From: Azolla caroliniana
Taxonomy: Eukaryota > Plantae > Polypodiophyta
Reading direction: 5' to 3'
NCBI GenBank assembly: GCA_043228905.1
Contig: JBHGNT010000011.1
Coordinates: 17,112,001 to 17,176,000, forward strand
Length of the DNA: 64,000 nucleotides
Shown here: piece by piece, positions 53,359-64,000 of the stretch
How positions within the stretch are numbered: position 1 is the first letter of the stretch
Layout of the letters: each line of letters opens with the position of its first letter
Program-made: the position numbers and the translations under genes
Notes under the pieces: generated by a model
What the model was told of the DNA's origin: nothing
The model's database searches: none
What the model saw: only the letters and a program-made list of their open reading frames with translations

Positions 53359-53687
53359 AGTTTCTCTGTGTGTCTCTGTCTCTCTCGTAATTAAAATATA
53401 TATTCGCAGAGACAGTTATTGAAGATAAGTATTAAGCTCCCAAATCAACACAGATCATAAGAGGCCATGGAGATGCCCCTCTATGTGCGGAAAATTGAAG
53501 CAGAAGACTATCGAGGATAGTCTTGATAATCTAAGAAACGTCATTTTTTCTTCCGTCAACTTCTTCTTCTTGCTTCTTTAACTTTCAAGAAGATTGATGA
53601 GAAGACTAAAGTGTTGATGGTTCAAGAAATGCCCCTCTTTCTTGCTTTCACGAAGAAAAGATGTATACATTACAGACAGAGACGTAC

Positions 53688-53728
53688 ATTGCTCCCTTCC
53701 AAGACTTGATAAACGCGTTCTTCACCAT
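53688..53728 (-). other. Duplicated, frameshifted copy of PAT coding exon 1 with intact ATG and GT donor
   Basis: ATGGTGAAGAACGCGTTTATCAAGTCTTGGAAGGGAGCAAT|GTACG (41 nt) versus ATGGCGGAGAAACGCATTTATCAAGTCTGGAAAGGGAGCAAT|GTACG (42 nt). Confidence 0.85.
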
Positions 53729-54346
53729 GGTTTGTGTCTCCTGTATCTAAAAGCGTTTCCGATATAGAAGCTGAATGATATAAACAAAATTGGAAGCTTT
53801 ATAATTCTGTACAGCAAATAAAAATTATAGCTTCTGATCGGACACAAACGAAGTTGGGAAGAATGCAAGCTGTACAGCTATGGAAGTGGATATCAAAATA
53901 TCTTTGATATAGAGGAAGAAAATGTCTTCAAGAAAAAAAGGGAGAGGTTTTGTTGCTATGGAAGTGGAACGAAGGAACGCCTTTTGATCAGAGACAGAAG
54001 TTTCATTAAATTTAGCTATGAAAGGAAAGCAAACGGGAAGCGTCATCTCTTTTCTCCTGGAGGTGGAAACGGGAAAATCCTGCAAATTGTCATCTTGGAA
54101 ACGCGAGAAAAAGCCCGTTAGAATCAGAGAGCATCAGGCGGTATCATCCGAATCTGAAGAAAGTTTAGGCAAGAAAACAGACGATGATATGGTTGAAGAA
54201 GAAGACGATAATGACGACGATGAAGATGAAGATGAAAGGTTAAAGGAGAAAGAAGAAGAAGAATTAGGGATTGAGGTTAATTTAGGTGATCCATGGAGGG
54301 AGGATGAGCCATCTTCGATGAGTTAGGTGAACTGAGAAGTCTGCGT

Positions 54347-54382
<36 letters not shown>

Positions 54383-54540
54383 CAATCCTTCTGCTTCTCC
54401 TTCTGATTAATGACGATGGATGATGGATGAATGGATGGATGGATGGATGAAGAAGAAGAAGAAGAATCAATTGATGGGGTGGTGATATGATATGATGAAG
54501 CAGATGATGATGATGATTTGATGGTTATGGCGGTACCTGG

Positions 54541-55165
54541 TACAGACACACACACACACACACATACAGACAGACAGAACTCATACATACATACATACAT
54601 ACATATGTACATACATACAGGCATATATACATACATATATACATACATATATACATACATATATACATACATATATACATACAGAAAGACAGACAGTCAT
54701 ACATACATACATACATACATACATACAGACATGCATACAGACATGCATACAGACATGCATACAGACAGTCATACATACAATCATACATACATACATACAT
54801 ACATACATACATACATACATACATGCATGCATACATACATACATACATTCATGCATACAGACAGACAGTCATACATACATACATACAGACAGACAGACAG
54901 ACAGTCATGCATACATACATATATACATACATACATGCATACATACATACATACATGCATAAATGCATGCATACATACATGCATGCATGCAGACAGACAG
55001 TCATACATACATACATTAACTCACACATACAGACAGACAGACAGAGAGACATACATAGAATATACATACGTACGTACGTATATACATACATACATACACA
55101 CACACATACATAACATATGTACAGACAGACAATATGTACACACGCAGATACACATACACATACGT
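54541..55165. repeat. Compound (CATA/CAGA/CATG)n microsatellite, ~620 bp
   Basis: Direct reading. It explains the overlapping low-complexity ORFs here. Confidence 0.95.
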
Positions 55166-56251
55166 GAGTGAAGAAGGAATTCTGAGAAGGACAGGGAATT
55201 GAGAGGGAAAAACAAAAGAAAAGAAAAGAAAAGAAAGGATGGAGGGGATAGACGCCCCCCCTCCCCCCTCCCCCCTCCCACGAGCTTTCTGTGGTTCCTC
55301 TCCACACACACCGATGTAAAAGCCTCTCCAATGTAACACCCCCTCCCCCAATAGACACAACATTTTGATTGTGTGACACACACTCTTCTTCTATGTCATG
55401 TCGATGATGTGGTCGCCCCATGACAGGTTCACATGTCACCTTGTCTACGAGTCTCCTAGAAACTAAATCGTTTACTCAAACCATGGGTCTAGAAATGGGG
55501 GCTAATGTTTGCCGAATGTGTGAGTATACTTGTTGCATGTATGTTGCCATCATAAAAAGGACAAGAAGGCATGCATACCTTGCTTGCTTCGTGGCCAGAT
55601 GACATCTCTTACCGATCCAAGGTTTGGCACACTCTAGTAATGAGAATATGCAAGAGAAACTAAAACAATAGCAATATTCTCTCCAAGTCTCCTCCAATTG
55701 AAACAATTGTTTCAAGAGGTGGTGCATAGAGGACATGAATTGAGATTTAATCTTTGAATCACGGGTTCACACATTGTGGACACACTAAGTGACAACTGGA
55801 CAAAAGACACACTAATGCATAACAAGTTGGAATATTTTACCACATTCGTGTCAACTTATGGCATTCAATTTGATACAAGCAATCTCTTTCTCCTTTGCAT
55901 ATGATGTCATGATATGACGATCTCTCTCCTTTTTGCATATAACAGAAATGATCTCACAATTCAAGAGAAAGTATAAGATCCCAGTATGACAAACACTTAC
56001 ACTTCAATGTGAAGCATACACATAATCTTGAGAATGTTACCCATGCTCCATCACTTGATGTATCACTATCATACAACTCTTCCTAGTAAACCTATACCAT
56101 CTCTGGCTTTAAGCACTAAACATATCAAGAGGAAACTATGGAAATTCAACACCCTCAATAGATGAGACTCTTGTAGCCCACCTATCGCTTCCATTGTTCA
56201 TGTTGTCGCACCATCAAGGATGGCGATAAATCATTGTCGTCACCACCACCA

Positions 56252-56288
<37 letters not shown>

Positions 56289-56400
56289 ACAAGTTCTTAT
56301 TCCACTTTCAACACATAAATTTTGGGAGAAAATGTAGGACATTTCCGGAATTCCATGAAAACTTTATTGGCTCCATACAATATTAATTATGCCATACAAA

Positions 56401-56884
56401 TGATAATCGGTGAGATGTTTGATGTGGACTTGATGAAGCAAAATGTATGTTTTTGGATAAGGATGAGTGATGAGGGTGTGGGGGCGAAGCATATTCTCAT
56501 GAGGAGATGAGGAAACAAGACTCGTTGTATTGTTGTATGTGCAAGATTTTGGTGGTATTTGGTGAGGTGGTTGATGTGGACTTAATGAAGTAGCATTTAT
56601 GTTTTGGATAAGGATGACTGATGATGGTGTGGAGGCCGAAACATATTCTCATGAGGAGATGAGGAATTTAAACTCATTTTATTGTTTATGTGCAGGAATT
56701 TGGTGGTAATCAACGAGATGGTTTATGAGGACTTAACGAAGCAGTTTTTATGTTTTTGATAAGGATTCGTGATGATGGTGTGGGGGCCGAAGAATAAGCT
56801 CATGAGGAGAGGAGGAAACTTGACTTAATTTGTTGTTGTATGTACAGGAATTTGGTGGTAATCCGGCGAGATGGTTGATGTGGA
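56401..56884 (+). repeat. Tandem repeat, ~152-bp unit, about 3.2 copies
   Basis: The GATGTGGA(CTT)-like anchor recurs at 56421, 56573, 56724 and 56877. Confidence 0.9.
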
Positions 56885-56924
56885 AAGAGGAAGCATACTT
56901 GTTGAGTTTACAATCACGAATGTG

Positions 56925-57150
56925 AAATGTGGTTCTCTTGAAAAAGCACATAATGTATTTGATCGCCTTCAAATCTGAGATGTACAGGCATGGAATACAC
57001 TATTATCTACCTTGAAATCTAGTGGTAGCATTCGGTTTTTTGGATAAAGATTATGTTGAATAGGAGTAGGTTGAAGAAGTATTGAAATGGTTCATAACTA
57101 TGACCTACGAGGGCTTGTTTCCAAATACAACTACTTTTGTTGTTGCCTAT
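56925..57150 (+). pseudogene. PLS-class PPR gene remnant
   Basis: KCGSLEKAHNVFDRLQI*DVQAWNTLL and YVE*E*VEEVLKWFITMTYEGLFPNTTTFV are S- and P-type PPR motifs with stops. Confidence 0.75.
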
Positions 57151-59669
57151 GGATATGGATACCTTGCAATGTGTCTATGGAATAGCTTGCAATTAGTGGA
57201 TTGTTTTCTCTACTTTGGAGTACATAGACGGGCTTGGGGAAAAAATACTTTGTATGTTGTAGCCGTTATGACCTTTTTATATAACTAATGGACGGATATT
57301 TTGTTTTGAAAAAAAAAAATGTCATACAAAATGTAGAAAACTTTGAGAATCTATATTAAGATTTGAAACTCTAGGTTAAGTCGCACGTGTCAAACCTTAC
57401 ATTTTGGGCTTTAAATTTAAACTTTTGGGAGAGACCATTGTAAGTTTTATGTTTCCCTATTAAAGCTTACTCTCCCACATTCATGGAAAGTTTTTTGGGC
57501 TAGAGTGCATTAGTTTCTACATTGTGTCGGCCATCTTTCCTAACTGTGGGATTCTTTTGCGATCTATTATGATTATCATCGATTATCTTTCGATCTTCAC
57601 TTTGTAACGGATCTAATTAAAGATTTAAGTCATACTACCTATTATGTTGCTTTGTTGTATACAATATCACCAACCACATAAGCTAAGGACCCTAATCACC
57701 CTTTTGAGGCATTTACAACCCACAACCTCTTGGGGGATAACGCCAACATTCAAAAAGAGAAGACATAACAAATGAATAAATGTATGTGTTTTGCATTCAT
57801 AAATTGTTGACATTCCCGTTAAGGTGCAAAAAATCAAAGGCATCGGATTTTGTCGTTGAATCCATGAGTTAGGTCTCTAATTTTGTTTCATGTGTTCCTA
57901 CTGATCAATGTCTCCATTGGTCCAAATTCAATGGTTGTGCTACCATTACTTTTTTAGGTTTTAATCAATTTGTACCACTTCATTATAACACCACAATTAA
58001 ACCTTTTATACCCAAGACTTCTTTCTTGACATACCTCACCATGCTAACCAAGCATTGGGCTCCATAATAGTGAATAATAATAAGAATAAGGCGGAGATTG
58101 CATGTGTGCAACATGGAATCCACATGCCCTCTTTGTGGCATGATGAATTAGTTCTATTGTTACAAATAATCCCACAAGTGGACACTTTGGGCTATGTGCA
58201 ATATTGTGTCCACTTGTTTGTGGACTTGTGCAAAGTTAAACTCTTGTGCATAATTGTTTCAACAACATGTTCCCCCTTGTTTGGTCAGTGCCTAACCAAT
58301 GGGCTACTACTTCAATCACTATGTGATGAGGAATGAAGCATGCAAGACACGAGGGGTGCCAAGCCCAAGCAATTGGATTATCACCCGAGATTGATGTTGA
58401 TAACCTCAAGCTTTGCATTGTAGCCAAAATTTTGAAACTACTTATAAACTCAAACGATACCTACACAATCTTGTCAATAAACTAGACTCCTAGCTTGACT
58501 TGGGTGACGTGGACACCCACACTATCTAGTGACCATCCTGGCCAAATCAATGCACCCATGACTATTATTGATCTTGGAGACTAGAAAAAATCAAACCCGT
58601 TCACAGTCCACAAACGACACCACACGCAGATGACATTCACAATGAGTAGACGATGTTGGAATTTTTGTTTTCTAGTCTCCTTCGCAATAATGTCCGCATT
58701 CCATAGACGTACCATGTGTTGGCCATTTGGCAATGGGCACATAAAGTTTGATAGTTAGGACACAGTTATAAACAAGAGGAGCTTAAATATAAGATATATA
58801 TAATAACTCAATATTGGGTTGTGACTTGCATGATATTTATAAGATGACAATGTGCATTAATTTATTGAGGGGGCAAACAATGATCGCGAGTCTTTGTAGA
58901 TTGCAAGAATCTTAACAAAAATAAATGTAACAAGCATATAGAAGGCCAAGATAATTTCATAGAGTTCTTACTACACTACTTTAAATGGTATATCTCTTTA
59001 CTTAATTTAAGTGTTTAAATAAATGACCGTCTAATTTAAGTATTAAGCTATTACATGTTTCTCATAGAGTGCAAGTTTGTGGCTTTATGAGTATTTCTGA
59101 TTATTTATTTATTTATTTACAAAAAGAGATGCCTTGGTATTATAAAATCGTAAAAAATGCAAAAGTTGTGTTGGATAAACGAATATACCAACTGGTTCCC
59201 TTGTACTCACATCATGGCCGATTTGATGTGTCTATACAATAACCAGACATATTTGTATACCATATCTCCAAGATTATTGTGGTCTACTCTTAAACTGCAA
59301 ATGAACATGCAAAGCAACCTATACCACCAACATATGTAGCAATAGAATCCATAGACAAAGTTGTTAGACATTGTTTCCAAAAATGATGGGAATGGTATAC
59401 ATCCATATTATGAGATCTCCATATTCCCTAAAACTGAGCATTGAATCCCATAACCTTTTAAAATGCATTTGCTTCCTGAGAATAGCATCAACATTGCTTG
59501 TAAAACTTTCGTATTGACCACGTAATGTATGAATAAGCAACAACCAAAATTCAACAATTATAACGAAAACATCGTGAGTGACATTGTCAAAAACTGATGT
59601 ACATCACGCCTTCCAAATCACCCACATCTGATTGTTTTCCAAATAATATCACCCCTAATTTGCAACCCG

Positions 59670-62381
59670 TCAAACAGAAAAGATTAATAAGGAATTCTTC
59701 AATCAGTTCAAACGAAAATATAAACCTGTCTCTATTACCTCCTTGAAACGGCATGATGGTTCATATACATCAGATGACTCCGAGATGTGAGGTATAATCT
59801 TTGATTACTATCATCAATTGTTGTTTGCTACAACTTTTACAACATATAGTCTTTATAAGAAACAAGATATACTTGCAACTATTCAACAGAAGATCACAAT
59901 GAAATGACATCTCATTTGATACAACCATTTACGTTTCAAGATGTGTTATTTGCAACTAAATCCTTGGGCAAGGATGTCTGTCTAGGAAAAGACGGAATAG
60001 GAATTGGCTTCTACTTACATTATTGGGATTTTCTTGGCCCTATCCTTATTAGAGCGATTAGTCTAATTTCTTCAAGGGGAACTATGCCGGCGGAATGGAA
60101 GGAAGGAATAATATATATAATTCCTAAGTCCAATGTGCAATGTGATGAAGTTTCTAAGTGGCGGCCAATAACACTGCTAAATGATATTTATAAGATTGTG
60201 GTGCAAAAACAATTGCCATTAGATTACGATCTTTGTTGCCATCTATTATTCATGATATGCAGTCTGGTTTTATACAAGACAGAAGCATTTCTTATAATAT
60301 CTTTTTGTTCTGGGAAATGGTTGCACTAGCTCAACAAAATAAACAACAAATGGCAATTTTACTATTGGACTTTGAAAAAGCCTATGACAAAGTAGATTGG
60401 AACTTTCTTGAGGCAATGTTGTCAATATTAGGTGTTTCGGCCTTATATAGGCAAGCCTCTAACTCAGTTTTGTTCACTAGAGGTTATGGGCCAATATTTC
60501 CAGGCCGGTTAGGCAAGGATGTCCTCTTGCCCCTTCTCTTTTTATCTTGTATGGGAAAGCTCTAGCCTCATACCTAAGATCTTCTTCAGTTGGTATAAAA
60601 GGTATAGCATTACCTATTGCACAGTCTACTGTATTGGATGTTGAATTTGCAGATGATACAACCCTCTATGTTGATGGGGAGATTGGTAATCTCGGGTAGG
60701 TACAGAATGCTTTGCAGAATTTCTCGGAAGCTAAAGGTGCCCCTCTTCATTGGAATAAGTCGGTAGGGTTATGGGTGGGTGCAGAGCCTCATCCCGCTTG
60801 GTATCTAGGTTCTACTTTCCGTTGGTTTAACCAACCTGTTCGGTATTTGGGATGCCTAGTTAGTATAGAGTTAAAATCAGAAGCTATGTTATCCCTGTTG
60901 CTATTATCAATAAGGTATAAACTTCTATATTGGGATGCCCAACAATTGTCCTTTGCAGGTCGGGTTGTAGTAGCAAATCCAATACTTTTGGCCTCCATGT
61001 GGTTTATAGCTTCTGTTTGGTTATTTTCTAGGTCAGCAATAATGAAAGTACAAAGCTTGATTCGTAATTTCCTCTAGGGAGGAAAAAATGGATCTCGAAC
61101 AATAGCCAAAGTTGCTTGGAAGGTGCTGATTCAACCTAAAATCCATGGAGGGTTGGGTTTGATAGGTCCTTTGATGCAGTCAAGAGCCCTTCTGGTTAAG
61201 TTTGTGATTCGAGGATTGGCCAGGGTCAGAAGCCTGGAAAGGAATGTTTCTAAACCAGCTAATGAAGTTAAGTCCTAGGACGGGGGGAGTTTGGTCTCCC
61301 TCTCTAAAATGGTTGTTCTTGAATGATGTACAAACGCCAAGGCAGGATCTAGCTTCTAACTGATTTTTGTTAGGAATCGTAAGGGCATGGGATGGGATCA
61401 AACCATTTCTAATTAAGGAGATGCCTTCTACTTGGGATGCATTGCTTAATCAGCCTCTTCTTGGAAATTCTCTATTTCGGGATAATGTAGGAAAAGTGCT
61501 AGGTCTCAGAACTCACCTTGCCTGGGGTAAACTGGATAATGGGCCAGTTGCATCTGTAAGCACTTGGATTCAATTCCAACAGATGCCACAAGCAGATCGA
61601 CTTGCGCATTTACAAGCTCTTCATGGAGCCAAGATAATGACGACTGCCATTTCAACGTCATATTCCTCATTAGCGGGGACCTTCGAACCCATAAAAGAGC
61701 ATTTTTTGTTTGGATGCTTCATAAATGATATATTGTTGGCTGTCAAGGGTATCTCACCTAATGGGTGCATCTCTTATTTTGAGGTTCTTGATAACAATAG
61801 AATGCAACCTCATGCCTTTGACTGCAGCTATTTTCATCACGTGCGGAATTCACTAGTTAGAGTGCTTGCAAAAATGGGAAATAAGTGGTTGCTTGATCCT
61901 TATCCTTCTATTGCTCATATGTGTGATATGATGTGGTTGTATGCAAAAGAACCTGTTGCAAGACTACTATGGGATCCGGGGGGTTGGTTCTAGACATATT
62001 CCTTGGGGGAACAGATCATAAAGGTTCCCTTCTTTCAGTATTCAGTAAAGCTAGGAAGGTCATTACTAAGGTCTATGAATGTAATGGCGCCAACAACACA
62101 AAAACATTGGACTAACTGGGGTGTTTCAACGTTGTAGTTGAAAACATATTGGAGATGAATCTGGTCTTTCAAGGGGCCCTCTAAATTTATTCTTTTTAGA
62201 TGGCTCTTACTGCATGTAGCATTACCAGTTGGCCAGACATTAAAAGGGAATGTAGCACATAATCTCAGGAAATGTGGATTTTGCTATGCAACGCTAGAGA
62301 TTACTAATCATGCTCTTTGGTCTTGTCCCTTGGCTCAGGAAGTATGGAATAAAGTTCTTTCATTATTCTGTCGAATACCTG
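59670..62381 (+). mobile_element. L1-clade LINE ORF2 fragment (RT to zf-RVT), frameshifted and cut by a Copia insertion
   Basis: GKDGIGIGFY, WRPITLLNDIYKI, QSGFI, LLDFEKAYDKVDW, RQGCPLAP, FADDTTLY, VRYLG, GRVVVAN, GGLGL, then KCGFC...HALWSCP. Confidence 0.92.
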
Positions 62382-62537
62382 TGTATAATGGACGTATTCA
62401 CACCATCCCGTTTTGGCCATTTATGTAATTAGCATAAAGGGCAGTTGCCCTAAGTCGGTCACTATATATAGTGACCTTGTAACCTCTTTGTGAGGTTGGT
62501 TGTTGTATGGTTGCTCTATGAAATAAGAAACTCTTTT

Positions 62538-62577
<40 letters not shown>

Positions 62578-64000
62578 AACGACCTACATTCTGTCATACA
62601 CAGGGAATAAACAGGAATCGAGTGCTTCAAGATCTTCCGCACAGACGACATTGCTTCCAACATCTGGTATCAGAGCCTGCACAGTAGTCGGTTCTTCAAT
62701 CCGCTGTCGGCCGTCGTCTCTGCATTCGGTTCCCTGCGTCATTCGAAGAAGAGAGAAGAAGAAGAAAAACCAGGTTTGCATCTCATCGCGTTAGATCATC
62801 TTTGTTTGGAGTAAGCCAGCAGGTTGTACTCCGCTCCCCGTGATCGTAACCGCTCGAGGTGAAATCCCCTTGTGCAACCCTGACAACAACCCAAATTCAT
62901 GCTTCATCTGGCTGATCGACATTCGGGAGGATCAGTCGGATCCGTCTCTCTCGTCGCTGCAGTCAACCGAAGCAAAATCGGTTCAGATAATCGGTTTTAA
63001 TAATCGGTTTTAATAATCGGTATTCGGTATATATATCCGAAACGAACCGGGCTCACTCCGACTCGGCAACATTCGGGAAGACCAGTCGGTTCTGTCCCTC
63101 AAGTTACCGGAGTCAATTCGAGCAAGTTCCGAAGCCGAACCGACTCGGGTTCAAATCCGACTAGAACGATATCGGGTGAGCCAACCGGCTGCACTCCAAC
63201 AAGGTTCGTAGTCAACTCCGAACCGAGCTTCGTCAACTGAAACCGAATTTGATGGCATCAACATCCGGCTCGTCAGAAATGAGTCTACGAAAGTTCGATG
63301 GATCGAACTTCAACTTCTGGAAGGAACAAATGCAGGACTATCTCATAGTCAAGGGGCAGATCGATCCCATCGAAAATGAAGAACCTCCAGAAGGATTCAA
63401 ACCAATTGAGTGGCAGAAGCTGGACAGAATCGTCCGCGCCACGATTCGGATGCACCTATCGGAATCGGTATACTTTACGGTGCAATCGTGTACGACAGCA
63501 TTCGAACTGTGGAAAACGCTGTCGGACACTTACGAAAAGAAGGTCGCCGCAACAAAGATGTTTCTGATCCGGCGCCTCTACAACTTGCGGATGAAAGAAT
63601 CCGATTCGGTTCAAGCACACCTCAATGAGTACGAAAGCATAAGCTCCCAAATCTCGTCACAGGGGACGGCAATCGAGGATGAGCTCAGAGCAATGATACT
63701 CATGAGCAGCCTTCCCTCATCATGGGAAACTTTCGTCACAACTGTGTGCAACGCGTCAACCACGGCTGTTAAATACTCCGAAGTCACGAGCGCAATCCTG
63801 ACCGAAGCAGCTCGGAGAAAGTCTTTTGCCAAAGACTCAACGGACGACGCTTACGTAGTACAAGGTTCGACAGACCGATCGAACATACGAGGAAGAGATT
63901 CCTCACGACCGCCGAACAATCAGCGAAGACGGAGCCAGTCACGGGATAACCGAACCTGCAACTATTGCAAGAAACCCGGACACATCAAAGCCGACTGCCG
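62382..64000 (+). mobile_element. Ty1/Copia retrotransposon 5' end (LTR, PBS, leader, gag), running off the window
   Basis: The LTR ends CCAACA at 62662; its start is 62382 or 62424, uncertain. PBS TGGTATCAGAGC lies at 62665-62676, followed by a CpG-rich leader. Confidence 0.92.
63252..64000 (+). CDS. gag: Copia Gag(-Pol) polyprotein, N-terminal part, open to the window end
   Basis: MASTSGSSEMSLRKFDGSNFNFWKEQMQDYL...LMSSLPSSWETFV...CNYCKKPGHIKADC, with no stop seen. Confidence 0.92.
   Translation, partial: MASTSGSSEMSLRKFDGSNFNFWKEQMQDYLIVKGQIDPIENEEPPEGFKPIEWQKLDRIVRATIRMHLSESVYFTVQSCTTAFELWKTLSDTYEKKVAATKMFLIRRLYNLRMKESDSVQAHLNEYESISSQISSQGTAIEDELRAMILMSSLPSSWETFVTTVCNASTTAVKYSEVTSAILTEAARRKSFAKDSTDDAYVVQGSTDRSNIRGRDSSRPPNNQRRRSQSRDNRTCNYCKKPGHIKADC

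Noticed and set aside
54277-55439. Long overlapping ORFs (YIHT/MYVC repeats)
   Set aside because: They are translations of a tetranucleotide microsatellite that lacks stop codons.
58175-58220. 12-bp inverted repeat ACAAGTGGACAC...GTGTCCACTTGT
   Set aside because: Too short, with no TSD or second copy to support a MITE or RNA structure.

Overview
AT-rich, intron-containing land-plant nuclear DNA, dominated by repeats. A fern or other seed-free vascular plant is my inference from the RTEX-like LINE and the PLS-type PPR remnants. Host genes: (1) the 5' part of an RFWD3-like RING E3 ligase (minus strand, 7 phase-consistent exons at 8803-1330, continuing off the left edge); (2) an intronless Dof zinc-finger transcription factor (43262-42225); (3) the 3' end (S4 domain) of an organellar-type tyrosyl-tRNA synthetase, just after a 100-N scaffold gap; (4) a complete 5-exon DHHC protein S-acyltransferase (53358-46066). 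Pseudogenes: a Knr4/Smi1-like plant gene and a PPR remnant. Mobile elements: a 3.6 kb long-TIR (Mutator-like) element in the RFWD3 promoter, a full-length but decayed Copia carrying a nested hAT MITE, an internally deleted RTEX-like LINE, several L1 fragments, two more hAT-type MITEs, solo-LTR-like units, and a young Copia running off the right edge. I see no convincing new multi-gene system. The most unusual signals are a frameshifted duplicate of the PAT first coding exon, a duplicated splice donor in RFWD3, a tRNA-like Pol III module inside an LTR-like unit, a TSD-flanked inverted duplication forming a near-perfect 245-bp hairpin, and a PPR-derived 152-bp tandem repeat. All alignments and translations were done by eye, with no database searches.
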